IMG/VR virus record: IMGVR_UViG_2833096052_000002
Location: 38,750-102,749 of that record
Length of the DNA: 64,000 bases
Direction: 5' to 3' (one strand)
DNA from: a virus
Taxonomy: Duplodnaviria; Heunggongvirae; Uroviricota; Caudoviricetes
The notes beneath the pieces are model-generated. The model searched no databases. It had not been told where the DNA came from and was given only the letters and a program-made list of their open reading frames with translations. The number at the start of each line of letters is the position of its first letter. Position 1 is the stretch's first letter. Made by a program: the position numbers and the translations under genes. Below are positions 37,379 to 49,329 of this stretch, piece after piece.

Positions 37379-37758
37379 GTCGTTCCCTCCTCTAATCTAT
37401 ATCCAGTTCCAAAGAACAAACCATTAAAACACGTCTGGTCAATCATTCTTCTATCTTCCTTACATATGATTGTACCAAGTTTTTCCATTACCTCCGTTTT
37501 AGAGATAGTTATTATCTGCTCGCCCATTACCATTGAATAAAGCTGCAATCCATTTTCTCCATTGGCTTCAAGACATCCATGCACTGGCATATTTGTCTTT
37601 TTAATTTTACTTGTCAAAGGCATCACTGTAATTATCGTAGCATGTTTTGTCCCAATTGGGTTTGATACGATCACATATGGACGTTCTTTAGTCTGGACTG
37701 AACCTTCGCCTTGATATTTGATTTTCGCTTTTATAACATCATATCTCTGTAAATCCAT
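37369..37758 (-). CDS. MazF/PemK-family endoribonuclease toxin homolog
   Basis: RYDVIKAKIKYQGEGSVQTKERPYVIVSNPIGTKHATIITVMPLTSK aligns with EndoA/MazF N-terminal core. Confidence 0.65.
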   Translation of the reverse strand: MDLQRYDVIKAKIKYQGEGSVQTKERPYVIVSNPIGTKHATIITVMPLTSKIKKTNMPVHGCLEANGENGLQLYSMVMGEQIITISKTEVMEKLGTIICKEDRRMIDQTCFNGLFFGTGYRLEEGTTCI

Positions 37759-37920
37759 ATGTACGTTCCTCCTCTCTTTTGTATTTATGTACCTTTGGAT
37801 TACCTTTGATATTTCATACTATACACCCTTAACAATATAATGTCAATAGTTATTCTTAAGATTGTATTTATTTTTTTAACAATATATGCTAAAGTGTATA
37901 TTATCAAGGAGGTAATATAT
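37759..37920. promoter_or_regulatory. divergent promoter/operator region with direct repeats TTAACAATATA
   Basis: TTAACAATATAATG at about 37822 and TTAACAATATATG at about 37877, between divergently oriented MazF-like (-) and HTH (+) genes; strong SD AAGGAGG before 37921. Confidence 0.4.
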
Positions 37921-38130
37921 ATGAAACTTAATATAAAACCATTAGTTGACGCAAAAGGATTAAATAGAAATCAGCTTTCAAAAGAACTAAAAATAGGATA
38001 TCAAGCAACATGTAATTTGTATGATGGTAATGCACAACGCATATACTTTGATACATTGCAAAGATTATGTGACGTTCTCGAATGTACTCCTAATGATATT
38101 TTAATATCTGAACACGACACTAAAAATTAG
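37921..38130 (+). CDS. XRE-family HTH transcriptional regulator (Cro-like)
   Basis: MKLNIKPLVDAKGLNRNQLSKELKIGYQATCNLYDG... HTH. AAGGAGG 8 nt upstream of ATG 37921; the ORF-track start at 37840 is a hydrophobic upstream extension. Confidence 0.6.
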   Translation: MKLNIKPLVDAKGLNRNQLSKELKIGYQATCNLYDGNAQRIYFDTLQRLCDVLECTPNDILISEHDTKN

Positions 38131-38143
38131 TGTCGTATACATA

Positions 38144-38338
38144 TCACACAAATTTAACAAGATCAAATGGTTGCACTTTCATAGCTTTGGCAACCAAATC
38201 TAATGCAGCTAAATCAGGAACAGCACTTCCATTTTCCCACTTACTAATTGTACTTGGTGCAATGTCAGCCATTTTCGCAAGCCCTCTTACTGTTATTCTC
38301 TTTTCAGTTCTGATTCTCTTTCCAATATATTCAACCAT
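38144..38338 (-). CDS. XRE-family HTH transcriptional regulator (CI/Cro-like)
   Basis: ITVRGLAKMADIAPSTISKWENGSAVPDLAAL HTH. Confidence 0.65.
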   Translation of the reverse strand: MVEYIGKRIRTEKRITVRGLAKMADIAPSTISKWENGSAVPDLAALDLVAKAMKVQPFDLVKFV

Positions 38339-38340
38339 AA

Positions 38341-39333
38341 TTACATCTCCATCAATTTTTCTTTCATTCCAACTGCACCATTCGCATAGTTATTAACTGT
38401 TGTATTTACACTACTATGTCCAAGCTGTTGCTGCACGAATGCAAGATTTCCATTCTGATTCATTACACTAGCATAATAATGTCGCATCATATGTGGAGTA
38501 ATACCATTTCCATAATTCTCAAATACCTGTTTGATATTTCTTTCCGTTGTACGTGTGCCATTCTTATTGATAAAAACTGCTTCTGTATCTACAATATTAT
38601 TCAGTGTATTTCTGTACTCTAGCCATTCACTTAATGCTTTTAAAGCAGATCCGCTAAGATATACCGTTCTATTTTGCATTTCTCTATACACACCTTTGCC
38701 AAGAATAGTAATATATGGCATTTCTTCATCTAAATGCAAATCAGTTAAATCCAAGCCAGCAAGTTCAGATTCTCTTATTCCAGTTCCTCTTAACACACGA
38801 AAAATAGCAATATTCCTATTTCTTACTGGAATATCCTTTTTCCACATTATTTTCTCTTCCATATCATTAAGCTGTTTTTCTGTTGGGAGTTTTTTAGTTA
38901 AGTTGTTCCCAGATGGAATTCCTTTATATGTTACATCTTTAAAGAATTTATCTTTAATTTCAGTTCCCTTCACTCTACTCATATAATCCCAAAAACTGCT
39001 TATTATATGTTTTCTAGTTTCTAATGTCGTAGGTGACATTCCATTCTGCTCTTTTGTCTTTAAATATAACGTGATATCTTCTGCCATAATGTCAGTAAAA
39101 TCCGATGGTTCAATATCTGAAATATGTGTTTTATCAATAAGTTTCTCTTCAACAAACCAAGTGAGCAAATCTACAATAACACCAAGATAATTCAATGCGC
39201 CTGCTTTACTTTCTATTTTAACAGTAAAATATTTTCTCATATATATAGGAAGATTTAACTCATCCAACTTCCTATTAAGCTTTTCAGCATTTTTGTTTTG
39301 TACTTCTATCTTATAACACATATAATCGACCAC
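38341..39333 (-). CDS. int: tyrosine recombinase / phage integrase
   Basis: C-terminal catalytic box HMMRHYYAS...LGHSSVNTTVNNYAN (R..HxxR..Y family). Confidence 0.85.
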   Translation of the reverse strand: MVDYMCYKIEVQNKNAEKLNRKLDELNLPIYMRKYFTVKIESKAGALNYLGVIVDLLTWFVEEKLIDKTHISDIEPSDFTDIMAEDITLYLKTKEQNGMSPTTLETRKHIISSFWDYMSRVKGTEIKDKFFKDVTYKGIPSGNNLTKKLPTEKQLNDMEEKIMWKKDIPVRNRNIAIFRVLRGTGIRESELAGLDLTDLHLDEEMPYITILGKGVYREMQNRTVYLSGSALKALSEWLEYRNTLNNIVDTEAVFINKNGTRTTERNIKQVFENYGNGITPHMMRHYYASVMNQNGNLAFVQQQLGHSSVNTTVNNYANGAVGMKEKLMEM

Positions 39334-39344
39334 CTTTCACCATA

Positions 39345-39599
39345 TTATTCTCCATCAGGATAATATTTTTCTCTAATTTGCTCTGCCTTATCACGAGCTT
39401 CTAATATATTATCACACCATCTAATCTCTAAATTTTTCGTTATCATTCCGTGACATTCTTTATTAAAGCATGTCAGGTCTTTGACATGCCATTTTTCTCT
39501 TGTATGTCCACCTCTCTGTATTCCACTGCCTAATTGATTGATCTTCATACAATGTAAACAGAGAAATTGACTACTGCGTTTTGGATTTCCTGTATTCAT
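39345..39599 (-). CDS. zinc-finger protein
   Basis: CLHC...CFNKECHG. Confidence 0.4.
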   Translation of the reverse strand: MNTGNPKRSSQFLCLHCMKINQLGSGIQRGGHTREKWHVKDLTCFNKECHGMITKNLEIRWCDNILEARDKAEQIREKYYPDGE

Positions 39600-40003
39600 T
39601 CAATTTCTTCCTTTCCATTAAAAAAGAAGCAGTTAATTCCTGCTCCTAATGTTTATAATATTTTACATAATTCTCGATACTGTTTTTTATTTTATTTAGA
39701 TAATTCAAAATCACGCACAGAAACAGATTCATCAAATTCTTTACAAAGTAAAATTTTGCGCAAAACAGTTTCTGCCTTCTCTAAATGCCGCATATCATAT
39801 TCCATGCGTTCTCTTACTTCCTCTACATTTTGACATAAATCATCATTATCTTCGTCTGGATTTGTAGCGGATTCAAAATCAAGATGAACAGATAATAAAA
39901 TTTCTACAATACTTTCTAATTCTAATTTTTCTTTTTTTGTTAATATACATAAATCTCTCATTATTATTCACCACTTTCGCTTGAAAGCAATTTTTCTTTG
40001 GGT

Positions 40004-40318
40004 TTAATATCCCAACTTCTTCATGCTTTCTATATTAAATTTCCAATATGTCTCAATCATATTTCCATATTTCTTTATAGCAGCCTGTCTTAATCCTTCA
40101 CTTGTAAAAATTAATTCTGTATTTTTCAAATCATTGAATAATTTTTTGCTCATTACAGGACACGCTTTATTAAATCCACTTCCTATTCTTTGTGTTATGA
40201 TCTGATAACAAGCTCCATTATCAAGTATCAAATCATTTTCACTTATATTTAATATTTTTCTTCCAACTTTTAACTTAACCATAATATTATATCCTTTCTT
40301 TTGAAACAATTCTTTCAT
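40004..40318 (-). CDS. hypothetical protein
   Basis: ORF track. Confidence 0.35.
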   Translation of the reverse strand: MKELFQKKGYNIMVKLKVGRKILNISENDLILDNGACYQIITQRIGSGFNKACPVMSKKLFNDLKNTELIFTSEGLRQAAIKKYGNMIETYWKFNIESMKKLGY

Positions 40319-40323
40319 TGTAT

Positions 40324-40653
40324 TTAATTAAATTCACCAGCTACATACATTTTCCCAATATTGTGACCTTCTCTTAATTCTCTTGACGTAAAATCACAGA
40401 TTCTTTCAAAGCAACCATTTTCATTATTTCTAATAAAAATATCATGCATTTTTGTTTTATCATTCCATGCGTACTTCCCATTAAGAGCAAATATTGAATT
40501 CGTATATATGATTGCGCATGGTTTTACAATATTAATATTATCTAATTGATTAATACATGAAGTTACTCCGTCTTCTGCATTAATTATAAAATCAGGAATA
40601 ATTGGAAGGAGTTTAGAATTTATTAATTTTCCATCCTCAAAATATATTCGCAT
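40324..40653 (-). CDS. hypothetical protein
   Basis: ORF track. Confidence 0.35.
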   Translation of the reverse strand: MRIYFEDGKLINSKLLPIIPDFIINAEDGVTSCINQLDNINIVKPCAIIYTNSIFALNGKYAWNDKTKMHDIFIRNNENGCFERICDFTSRELREGHNIGKMYVAGEFN

Positions 40654-41185
40654 AATCTTACCTCCGAATTATAAAAAGAAATCGTCATTTCTTTTAACAA
40701 TAGTTATCCATTGCTGGTATGTTTTGACTTGCAACAATATGTTCATCTTTTATTTGTGGAGCTGAATCAATAAACTCACCATTGAAATTAACTAGAGCTA
40801 TTGTATCACTTTCAATACAAATAATTCGTGCTTCAGGATTATATACCTGAATCCTTTTTAGAATCGTTTCAATTTTATCAAAGCATTTTTGCATATCACG
40901 AATGTCTTTCTCTTTAATACCATTAGTCATTTTATATCACCTCTTCCAATCTTCCAAGCAAATCATTCTTTCATTATAAAATCACATCTACATGTTCATA
41001 AGTAAAATCATTTATTGTTAATGTATGCACACCAAATTTGTTATCATTAATATATTCTCTCAATTTTTCACACGCAATATGAAAATCTTCTGCCTTAATT
41101 ACTATACGAAAATCAAACGCTTCATTATAAAATATATGCATTTCTATCACCTACCATTTCCAAAGGAAAGTCGAATTTCTACTTG

Positions 41186-41626
41186 TTAAAAATCAATTCT
41201 ACTGTATTTCTCAATTACCTTTTCTTCTTGTTCAATTCTGTATGGAAAGAAATCATTTAGCATCCAATTTTTGTAATCTTCAAACGAATTAATATCTACC
41301 TTTGTTTCCCATGGAGCACCACCATCACATATACAAGCCGTTCTATACATCTCTGAATTAAGATAGTCTTCTTCTGTCATGTCTTCCCATATTTTTTGCT
41401 GTTTACAATATCCCTTCAGAAATTTTATTGCTTGATTGTACTCTTTTCTCTGAAATGACTGAAGTTTGTCTTTTATAAGTTTATCAAAACACGTTGTTCC
41501 AAAGTTAAAATGTTCTCCTTCTACAGTTTCCACACTACATATATTCTGAATAGATTTTCCACAACAAGCACAAGTACCTGATTCTGACCTTGGCACAGAG
41601 TAGTACATTATTCTTTTAATCTTCAT
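41186..41626 (-). CDS. Cys-rich hypothetical protein
   Basis: CACCGK...C...C. Confidence 0.4.
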   Translation of the reverse strand: MKIKRIMYYSVPRSESGTCACCGKSIQNICSVETVEGEHFNFGTTCFDKLIKDKLQSFQRKEYNQAIKFLKGYCKQQKIWEDMTEEDYLNSEMYRTACICDGGAPWETKVDINSFEDYKNWMLNDFFPYRIEQEEKVIEKYSRIDF

Positions 41627-42258
41627 ATCAACACCTGCCTTGAAAGTTAAATTTCATTACAATGCATATAGCTAATTCCAACAATTCTTTTTAAATCTTC
41701 TATGTTGCAAGCCGACATATTTGATTCTTCTATATATTTTTTATTTTTTAAAACTTCGCAAGCAACTATATACCATGTTTTATCAAGATCTTCTTTATAT
41801 ATATGCATTCTAGTTGTACTGGTTATATTTACATATATATCATTTTGAGTAGTTATGTTAGTAATAACATTTTTAATTGTTCCCGAATATCCCATTGGTT
41901 TTCCTTTCATAGTAAAATTAAAATTTACTTGGATTCTGGGAATCTAATTCCACCCCATTCAGAGTTCCAAATTTCAATTCTCTTTCCATTTTTAAAAGTA
42001 ACAAGCATGTTTTCTCCATCAAAGGTAATCCCAGAATCTTTTAAATTTATTTTCCATTTTTCAATAAGAACTTTTGCACCTTCAATTGCTTCTTCTTTTG
42101 TATAATCATAAAAATCAGTAATTTCTACCTTATCAACAATATCGCCAAACATTTCAATCGCAATGTCTGTAATATCAATATACCACTGATCATGTTCTTG
42201 TCTTAATCTATCCTCTATATTCACATTGCTCTCCTCTTTGAAACTTAATTTCTTTGCC

Positions 42259-42963
42259 TTACTCATTCTCAATATCAACTGGATTTTCCAATTTTAAAAA
42301 CTCTTCTCTATGTTCTACCAATGACGCATTAGCAATTGCATTGATTTTGTTCTGGCAAAAGGACTCAATTTCTCCCTTTGCTTCCATAACAGTTTTATCC
42401 ATCTGTTCATTGAACTGATCTGCAATAAATCCAATATTGCTTCCAATATCGTAATTTAACATATTGAGCTTTTTTAAAATATTTTCTTTATCTGCCTTTG
42501 TAAGTGTCTTTTTTGAAGAAAACAATTCTGCAACTTCATTTATTAATTCTTTTGACTTTTCCATTGCCTTATCAGTCTGCTCTTTAAATTCTCCTGTAAA
42601 TTGTTCTCTCTTGCTAACAAAATCACACGGAGGTATTTCCCCATCTTTTTCAGTATAGCAAATTGTTACTGGAATTCCTGTTCCTTGTCCAAAAGATGTA
42701 ATTGCCTCAGCAAATTGTGAATAACTCATTTCGACTTTTACAATAGGCTTATCACCAAAAATATCGTCACGATTTAATCCTCTTGTGATATCAGCATGTC
42801 TAAGTTCCATTGTAATTACATTACTATGTTCAATGCTGCTTCCGAATAATGGTGTCTTTCCACCATAAGCTCTGTTAAATAACAAAGTACCATAACTAGG
42901 ATGGCTTGTTTTTGTTCCAAATTTTGTTTTTTCTACTTTATATTCATTTTCCATATATTCCAT
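42259..42963 (-). CDS. hypothetical protein (234 aa)
   Basis: ORF track. Confidence 0.45.
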   Translation of the reverse strand: MEYMENEYKVEKTKFGTKTSHPSYGTLLFNRAYGGKTPLFGSSIEHSNVITMELRHADITRGLNRDDIFGDKPIVKVEMSYSQFAEAITSFGQGTGIPVTICYTEKDGEIPPCDFVSKREQFTGEFKEQTDKAMEKSKELINEVAELFSSKKTLTKADKENILKKLNMLNYDIGSNIGFIADQFNEQMDKTVMEAKGEIESFCQNKINAIANASLVEHREEFLKLENPVDIENE

Positions 42964-43271
42964 TCTCCTTCCATAGTAAACTTAGATTTCTTAGTAACAT
43001 TTAATATTCAATTCTATTGGCAATCTCTTTTATCTTATCTGCATTTAATGGTGCAACTGCATCTACTAATCTACCTTTAATTTCTTCATATTCTTTTGAA
43101 TATGGATCAAATCCAGATAATTGACACCAATTTTCAATTTCTGCTTCTAGTTTACTTGCTTTTTTACAAGCTTCATTTTGCTGCTTGATCTTATTCTGTA
43201 TATATTTAGGTATCTCCATACAAATTTATTCTCCTTTCCTTTCCAAAAGAAAACTTGGGTTCATTGGCTTT

Positions 43272-43712
43272 TTATATTTTAGTCATACCATTCGAAAGTT
43301 TATACAGCTCTCTTGCTGCATTCTTTAATATATTTTCTTCTCTCTTGCAGCTAACCTTTGATCTACACTGATTACAAAATATCCCTTTAAGTCCATTATT
43401 AAAACAGTATAAGACGCCTGGTTCAAATCCATTTTTAAAACTAGAATATGCTTTATCTATAACCGTATTATTACTATCTATATTTTTTATTCCAGAATTA
43501 TATCTTCTAATTCTTTCCGCAGTAACTTTTTCAATATCTTTTGTGATTTTTATATCTACACATTCTCTCTTTTTTAAATCAGCTACAAAATCATTAACTG
43601 AACTTTCATGTAAAAAATTCTCATATTGAATTTTTCCATTTTCTTCCCATTGTACATTTATCATAATATCATCTCCATTCACAAGAAACTTAGTTGCAAT
43701 TTGTTGGTACAT
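43272..43712 (-). CDS. hypothetical protein (146 aa)
   Basis: ORF track. Confidence 0.4.
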   Translation of the reverse strand: MYQQIATKFLVNGDDIMINVQWEENGKIQYENFLHESSVNDFVADLKKRECVDIKITKDIEKVTAERIRRYNSGIKNIDSNNTVIDKAYSSFKNGFEPGVLYCFNNGLKGIFCNQCRSKVSCKREENILKNAARELYKLSNGMTKI

Positions 43713-43980
43713 CGACCATATTCCATAAAAGACTTTCTCTTACAGGATATACTCTTTTATGATCAATAGATACAAAATATTTCTCATCGTCTGTCAAATA
43801 CACCAAATCCCATGCCAAATCATTTGAGTTTTCTTTTATCCATATAGGCATCGTTTTTGCAGATTTGGGTATATGTTTATCTAACTTTTGAATAGCCATC
43901 TTGTATTCTCCAATCTTCCAATGAATCTATTATTTCTCGCTTTTATTTTAGCATGTAAAATGCATACTGTCGCTATTTAT

Positions 43981-44613
43981 TTACCAATCTTCACCCCATA
44001 ATTTCTTAGTTACATTGAAGTCACTTGGCATTGTCCTACATTTTAAACATCCAAAATTCAACTTGTTAAATTCTTCCTCTGTAATTTCAGTGCCCATATC
44101 TCCTTCAACAGTCGTATCGTAATCAAGTTTTCCCTGGCATTCTGGACGAAAATACCATACTCTATAAAACTCTTTACCAGTCTTACTATTTTTTCCGCTA
44201 AACAAACAAGTAATTGTTCTTCCTGAACTAATTTCGGTTGTTACTATTTTCCCAAAATAAGGATTATACTGTCCATATGAATTGTATCCTCTCTTGATAT
44301 TATTTTGTTTGTCACGTTCACTCATTTCCAATAACTGCTGCGTACCTCTTCCGTAAGAAGTGTTATACACTCTGCTACTATTCACTCCAACAGTTGAATA
44401 CAACTTAACTCCATTTCTGTCCGTTGTCTCAACTCTCTTTACTCGCTCTCCATTGATATATTCATTACACAATCTGTCTGCATAATGCACATTTCCATCT
44501 TTATCAACTGTACGAGTTGTTTTCTTCATATCATAATTATCATAAGCTGCCTTTGCAGCACTTCCTGCATAAATTCCTAAAAATGCTAATAGTCCTCCGA
44601 ACATAATCATCAA
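43981..44613 (-). CDS. secreted/membrane-anchored protein
   Basis: N-terminal signal/TM MMIMFGGLLAFLGIYAGSAAKA. Confidence 0.45.
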   Translation of the reverse strand: MMIMFGGLLAFLGIYAGSAAKAAYDNYDMKKTTRTVDKDGNVHYADRLCNEYINGERVKRVETTDRNGVKLYSTVGVNSSRVYNTSYGRGTQQLLEMSERDKQNNIKRGYNSYGQYNPYFGKIVTTEISSGRTITCLFSGKNSKTGKEFYRVWYFRPECQGKLDYDTTVEGDMGTEITEEEFNKLNFGCLKCRTMPSDFNVTKKLWGEDW

Positions 44614-45030
44614 CCACCTTTCTTATATTATCTTTTCCATTTATCCATTTCGTCTACAGACTTCTTGTTTAAGTTATTATACATATCTTGTCTCTTACGA
44701 GATTCTTCTTTTTGGCTCGCTTTCCAAGGAAGATAAATACATAAATATCCTGCGATTAAACATCCAATTAATTGTCCCATAATAACTACCTCCGTCATCT
44801 TATTTTCGTTACCATATTACTACTTTTATTATATCACTACTATTTCATTATTAATAGTATCAAATATCTCATAGAAATTCTCTTCATAGATATCATCCAG
44901 TTTATCAGCCTCTTCATATTCATTCAGAGTATATGTTGCAGCTTCCAACGAATCGAAACTATCTATGACATTTCCACCTTGTCTGTCTCTAATTTGAAAC
45001 ATACAATCACCTCCATTATATTATTCTCCA

Positions 45031-45064
45031 TTAAAAAACAGACAACCTTTCGATTGTCTGTTTC
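45031..45064 (-). terminator. rho-independent terminator
   Basis: minus-strand hairpin AACAGACAA-TCGAAAGG-TTGTCTGTT followed by TTTTTT. Confidence 0.5.
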
Positions 45065-45088
45065 AAGTCACATATTCAATTTACAGTA

Positions 45089-45556
45089 CTACAACACGTA
45101 CATTATATAGTACCATTTTCCTTCAATTTCCACACATCCCCAATCAGTACAAGGTTTATGTGTTCTGACCATTTCTCTTACCATGTCAGAATATCCGTCA
45201 TCCGCACAACAATTATCCCATTCTTCACAGTATCCTTCAAGACCTTCCTCCAAATCTCTGTATATAGTCGTGCCAGTTTCAAGATACTTCTTTGCTTCTG
45301 CTTTGGTACAGTTATCTTCGAGAAGAATATCCATATCATCAGGAATGACCTCTATTCCATCTTCAACTCTCATTCCATCCGCTTTGTACTCTAAATACTC
45401 TCTAAGATCATCGACATCATTTACTTCTTCCCATTTGTCATGCATTTCTTCACCAAATATTTTAATGTCTGGTTCAAAGAAATCTTTAAGCTCATCGAAG
45501 CTCATTTCCTTAGTATATTCAGCCTTATTGTCTATGTCAAACACTCTATACTTCAT
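45089..45556 (-). CDS. acidic hypothetical protein
   Basis: ORF track; start placed at ATG 45556 (MKYRVF) with GGAGG 8 nt upstream. Confidence 0.45.
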   Translation of the reverse strand: MKYRVFDIDNKAEYTKEMSFDELKDFFEPDIKIFGEEMHDKWEEVNDVDDLREYLEYKADGMRVEDGIEVIPDDMDILLEDNCTKAEAKKYLETGTTIYRDLEEGLEGYCEEWDNCCADDGYSDMVREMVRTHKPCTDWGCVEIEGKWYYIMYVL

Positions 45557-48500
45557 AATACATACCTCCAATCATAAATCCATTATATCAATTCCAAACT
45601 CTGATTTCAAGACATTCTCAAAGTCTGGATCAAGCCCACAGTATCTCTTAATAAATTCATTGTTACTACATGGTGCAAGTTCTCGATGCACCTGTTCTCT
45701 TATATCGCCATCCATAAATATTGCAATTGCAGGCATTGCATATTTACTAATTTCCATTTCATCAACCTCCTTTACAAGCACTGTGCAAATAATATACACA
45801 TTCTCTTAGGATTTGTGTATATTATTTTTTTCTTAGTTATCTTATTATACACAGTAATACTCAATTGCTTTGTGAGCAGATTCTGATTTAGTACTATCTG
45901 TTTCTCTTTTGTGTCTTTCAATAACATATCATTCATTAACACCCTCACTTTCTCTAAGAAATTTCCGTTTCATCTTTTCTTAAATTTTTTATGTTCTTCT
46001 ATCAATTCTTCTAAAATATCCAACGGAACAATATTTTTTAAATCATCAACATAAACTCTTATATGTTCAAACTTTCCATTCAGATAATTGTATCCACACT
46101 CAATACATGTTCCACAATTAAAACCTAGTTTATTTTTGCATATCGGACATTCCATTTTATCACTCCTAACTAATTTAATTCCTGTTTACATTCTTCTAAC
46201 AAATCGTCTACAGTCATTCCTTCTGTATTTCTCCACCATAACTGTAAATTATCGTCTTGTGTATTGACTTCTGCTAAAGGATCATCGAGCATTGGAATAT
46301 TTTCATTATCACTTTGCATATCCCGCACAAACGCTTTCTTTGAACCCCATTCGTATTCCACATATTTCCCATCACAATTAATAACAACTATATTCAACAT
46401 AATATTTCCTCCAATCTTCACAGTAAATCATCGTTTCATTTCTCTGCTAGTATGTCATTAATGTGTTTTGTATACGAAATAATCTCATCAATCTTATATT
46501 TAATTTTCTCTGTATGTGTTTCGCCATCCTCTATTTTGTCGATAAGCTTTCCAATATAACTTGCTGTTGTACGAATGCTCTGTTGGTAGAAGGATAAGCT
46601 TTCTACCTCGTCTGATGTTAAAGTATATAATTTCTGCATATATATTTCTCCAATCCTAAAATTATCATTTCATGTCCAAATTTACTTTAATCATTTCCAT
46701 TGCGTTTTCTTTGATTTCATGACGTACCTTTTGTAATTTATCCCATGTCATATTTTCCTTCATACAACAATCACCCCAATTACAGTACATGTACTCTGTA
46801 ACGGTATCAATAATATTCTTTATTGCCTCATCACTTGCTACAACCCCAATCTTTTTCATAGGTTCATTTAGTGACATCTTATAAATCTTATTATCCTGTA
46901 TATGGTAAAGTCCGTTATTCATAATATTCTCCATTCTTCTAAATTTTACTTAATTGTGATATTACTCCTTTCGATTCACTTGTTTCAAAATAATTTCTGT
47001 ATCGGTATAGGCAGTACAATATGCAATGTTATTGTTTTCATCATAATAATTTACATAATACGTATCATCGTCAAATGTTCTATTGACTCCAATAAAACCA
47101 CCTCTTCTTTTGCCGTTTAAATAAACATCATACTTTACTTCTTTTAATGTATCTGCCCAATAATCTTGAGGATTTTTCACTCTCCATATAAAATCGTGTG
47201 GTGTTGTTCTTAATTCATCCATTATCTTGTCTCCAATTCTTACCTTAAAACTCTTGATTCATAGTGACGTATATTCCGTCATTTCTGGATCTCCACGTTC
47301 TATTGTAATTCCTGTCCTATAATATTTTTTATTTGTTGTTTTACTCCATTCAACGATTTCGTTCTGCATTCCGTCAACGAAGTTAAATCCACGATTAACG
47401 AGTGTAATAATCAAATTCTCTATATTGTTTGCAATACAAATTTGATTTCCATAACCATTCCTTGTGGAAAAATCTGCTGTAAATTTCATACTTATTCCTC
47501 CATCCTATCCCATACATCCTAGTTCAATAATATCAGGATTATCAGCAAACCAATGATTATCAATATTTTCAATTTCAATCATATCTTCAGTTATCTCTGA
47601 CTCGTATCCTCCATGCTCTGTATATGCTTTTAATACTTTCTGTTTGGCTTCCTCTTCTGTATCAGCTTTTACAATCCCATAAGTATCTTCATCAAATGTG
47701 TATATCCAAAACTTCATATCTCATCACTCCTTATCATCTTCCCAATAAGCATTTACATCATCTTTATTATCATTATCATCATCCCAACAATCAAATTCAC
47801 ATTTTGCTTTAGCTTTACAGTCTCATTTCTTATCACAGTAGTAACAACATCTATCATCTTTATAACTACAATCATCTGATTCTGGCTGTACATAATTTCC
47901 GTATTTATACATATCTCATTACTCCTTAATCTCAATGATCCATAACTTCTAATACATCTGGATGATCTTCAAACCATGAATTTTCATCTAATTTCCATAC
48001 TGCAATCCACTCAATCTCAGGATTAAATTCAGTAACATGTGCTTTATATGCAGCTTTTACTTTCTCTTTTGCCTCTTCTACGTTATCTGCCAAGACAATT
48101 CCTGTTGCTAAATCTTGAATTGAATACCCATATAATCTTTTAATATTCATATTTACCACTCCCTTAACTCTTCATTTGCCTTATCAATAAGACTTACTGG
48201 AATTGCTTTAAAATCTGTCACATATCCTTCCATTACATTGACATGTTCCTCGATGTATTTTTCAAGTTCCTTTTTGAAGTCATCATCAGATACATTTGTT
48301 AAGTCGTCATTCCATGAGAAACTTGCAACATCGCAATAATCATAAGGATAATCATCATCTCCATATCCATATCCTGTATCAACACCACCTACATATAAAT
48401 CAAACCATAAGTGATTACCCCAATCTATAATATCAAAACATAGATTACCAACTCGTACATTTCCAAGATAATCTCCACTACCTTCTTCTGTTTCATATGT

Positions 48501-48562
48501 ATGCTGATCTACCTTATATCTCTGAAACTCTGGCTGTAAATTCCATTTAAATTTCATATTTA

Positions 48563-48775
48563 TCACCCTTTGTACTTTCTCTCATTCCAGTAATCTATTG
48601 TTTTTTCTACTGGATTTTTTGCACCTCTCATAAAACTTTTAAATCCCATTAATCCACAATCGGCACATCGAATTTTTACATCAAATATACCTTCATATGT
48701 TGGTTCTTCCAAGTAAACTCTTTCTGAACCACACATGGGGCATGGTTTTGCTTTACCAGTCAAATCTCTCATCAT
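48563..48775 (-). CDS. Lar-family restriction alleviation protein-like zinc ribbon
   Basis: KPCPMCGS...IRCADCG...TIDYWNER matches Lar family pattern (KPCPFCG ... C..CG ... WN.R). Confidence 0.5.
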   Translation of the reverse strand: MMRDLTGKAKPCPMCGSERVYLEEPTYEGIFDVKIRCADCGLMGFKSFMRGAKNPVEKTIDYWNERKYKG

Positions 48776-48788
48776 ATATCTTTACTCC

Positions 48789-49329
48789 TTAATCTACCTG
48801 AATAATCAATCTGATCTGCTTTCCACCTATACAATCAATAACAATTCCATTGTCTCCTGTGACATACATATTTGGATAACGACCAACTCTTTCAATTTCA
48901 GGTGCATCACCAGTTTTCATTTTATCATTGAAGAAATCGTATAACTCATTCTCAACAGACTCTTTTGTAATCACCTTTACTTCTTGTTCGTTCCCCTGTA
49001 AATCATCCAACAATTTTTCTAATGTTTTCTGTTTCCATTCTGCATCATGAACTAAATCCATAATACTATCAGGGCAACCACCCTTACCTCTATTTGGAAT
49101 CCATATTTCGACTTCTTCATCGACATCAAAATTCAACACTCTTTCTTCAACTGCATTTACAAACCCTTCATATGTACCATCAAACCAGATTGTCTCCCAC
49201 CAATCTTCACCTTCTGGTGTACTCTGATTGATTTCTATATATTTTCCATTATCTTGCTCACTAATTTCTTCATCAAAATTGAATTCATTCCTCTCTAAAA
49301 TATCCTGTATTTTTTTTATCTAATACCAT
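48789..49329 (-). CDS. hypothetical acidic protein requiring a +1 shift at an A8 run (frameshifted gene or homopolymer error)
   Basis: ATG at about 49329 with GGAGAG SD 8 nt upstream. Six codons later an A8 run (49310..49317 on plus). The zero frame stops after 14 codons, while the +1 frame is open for 60 start-less codons and then joins the 116-aa ORF 48789..49139. Confidence 0.45.
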
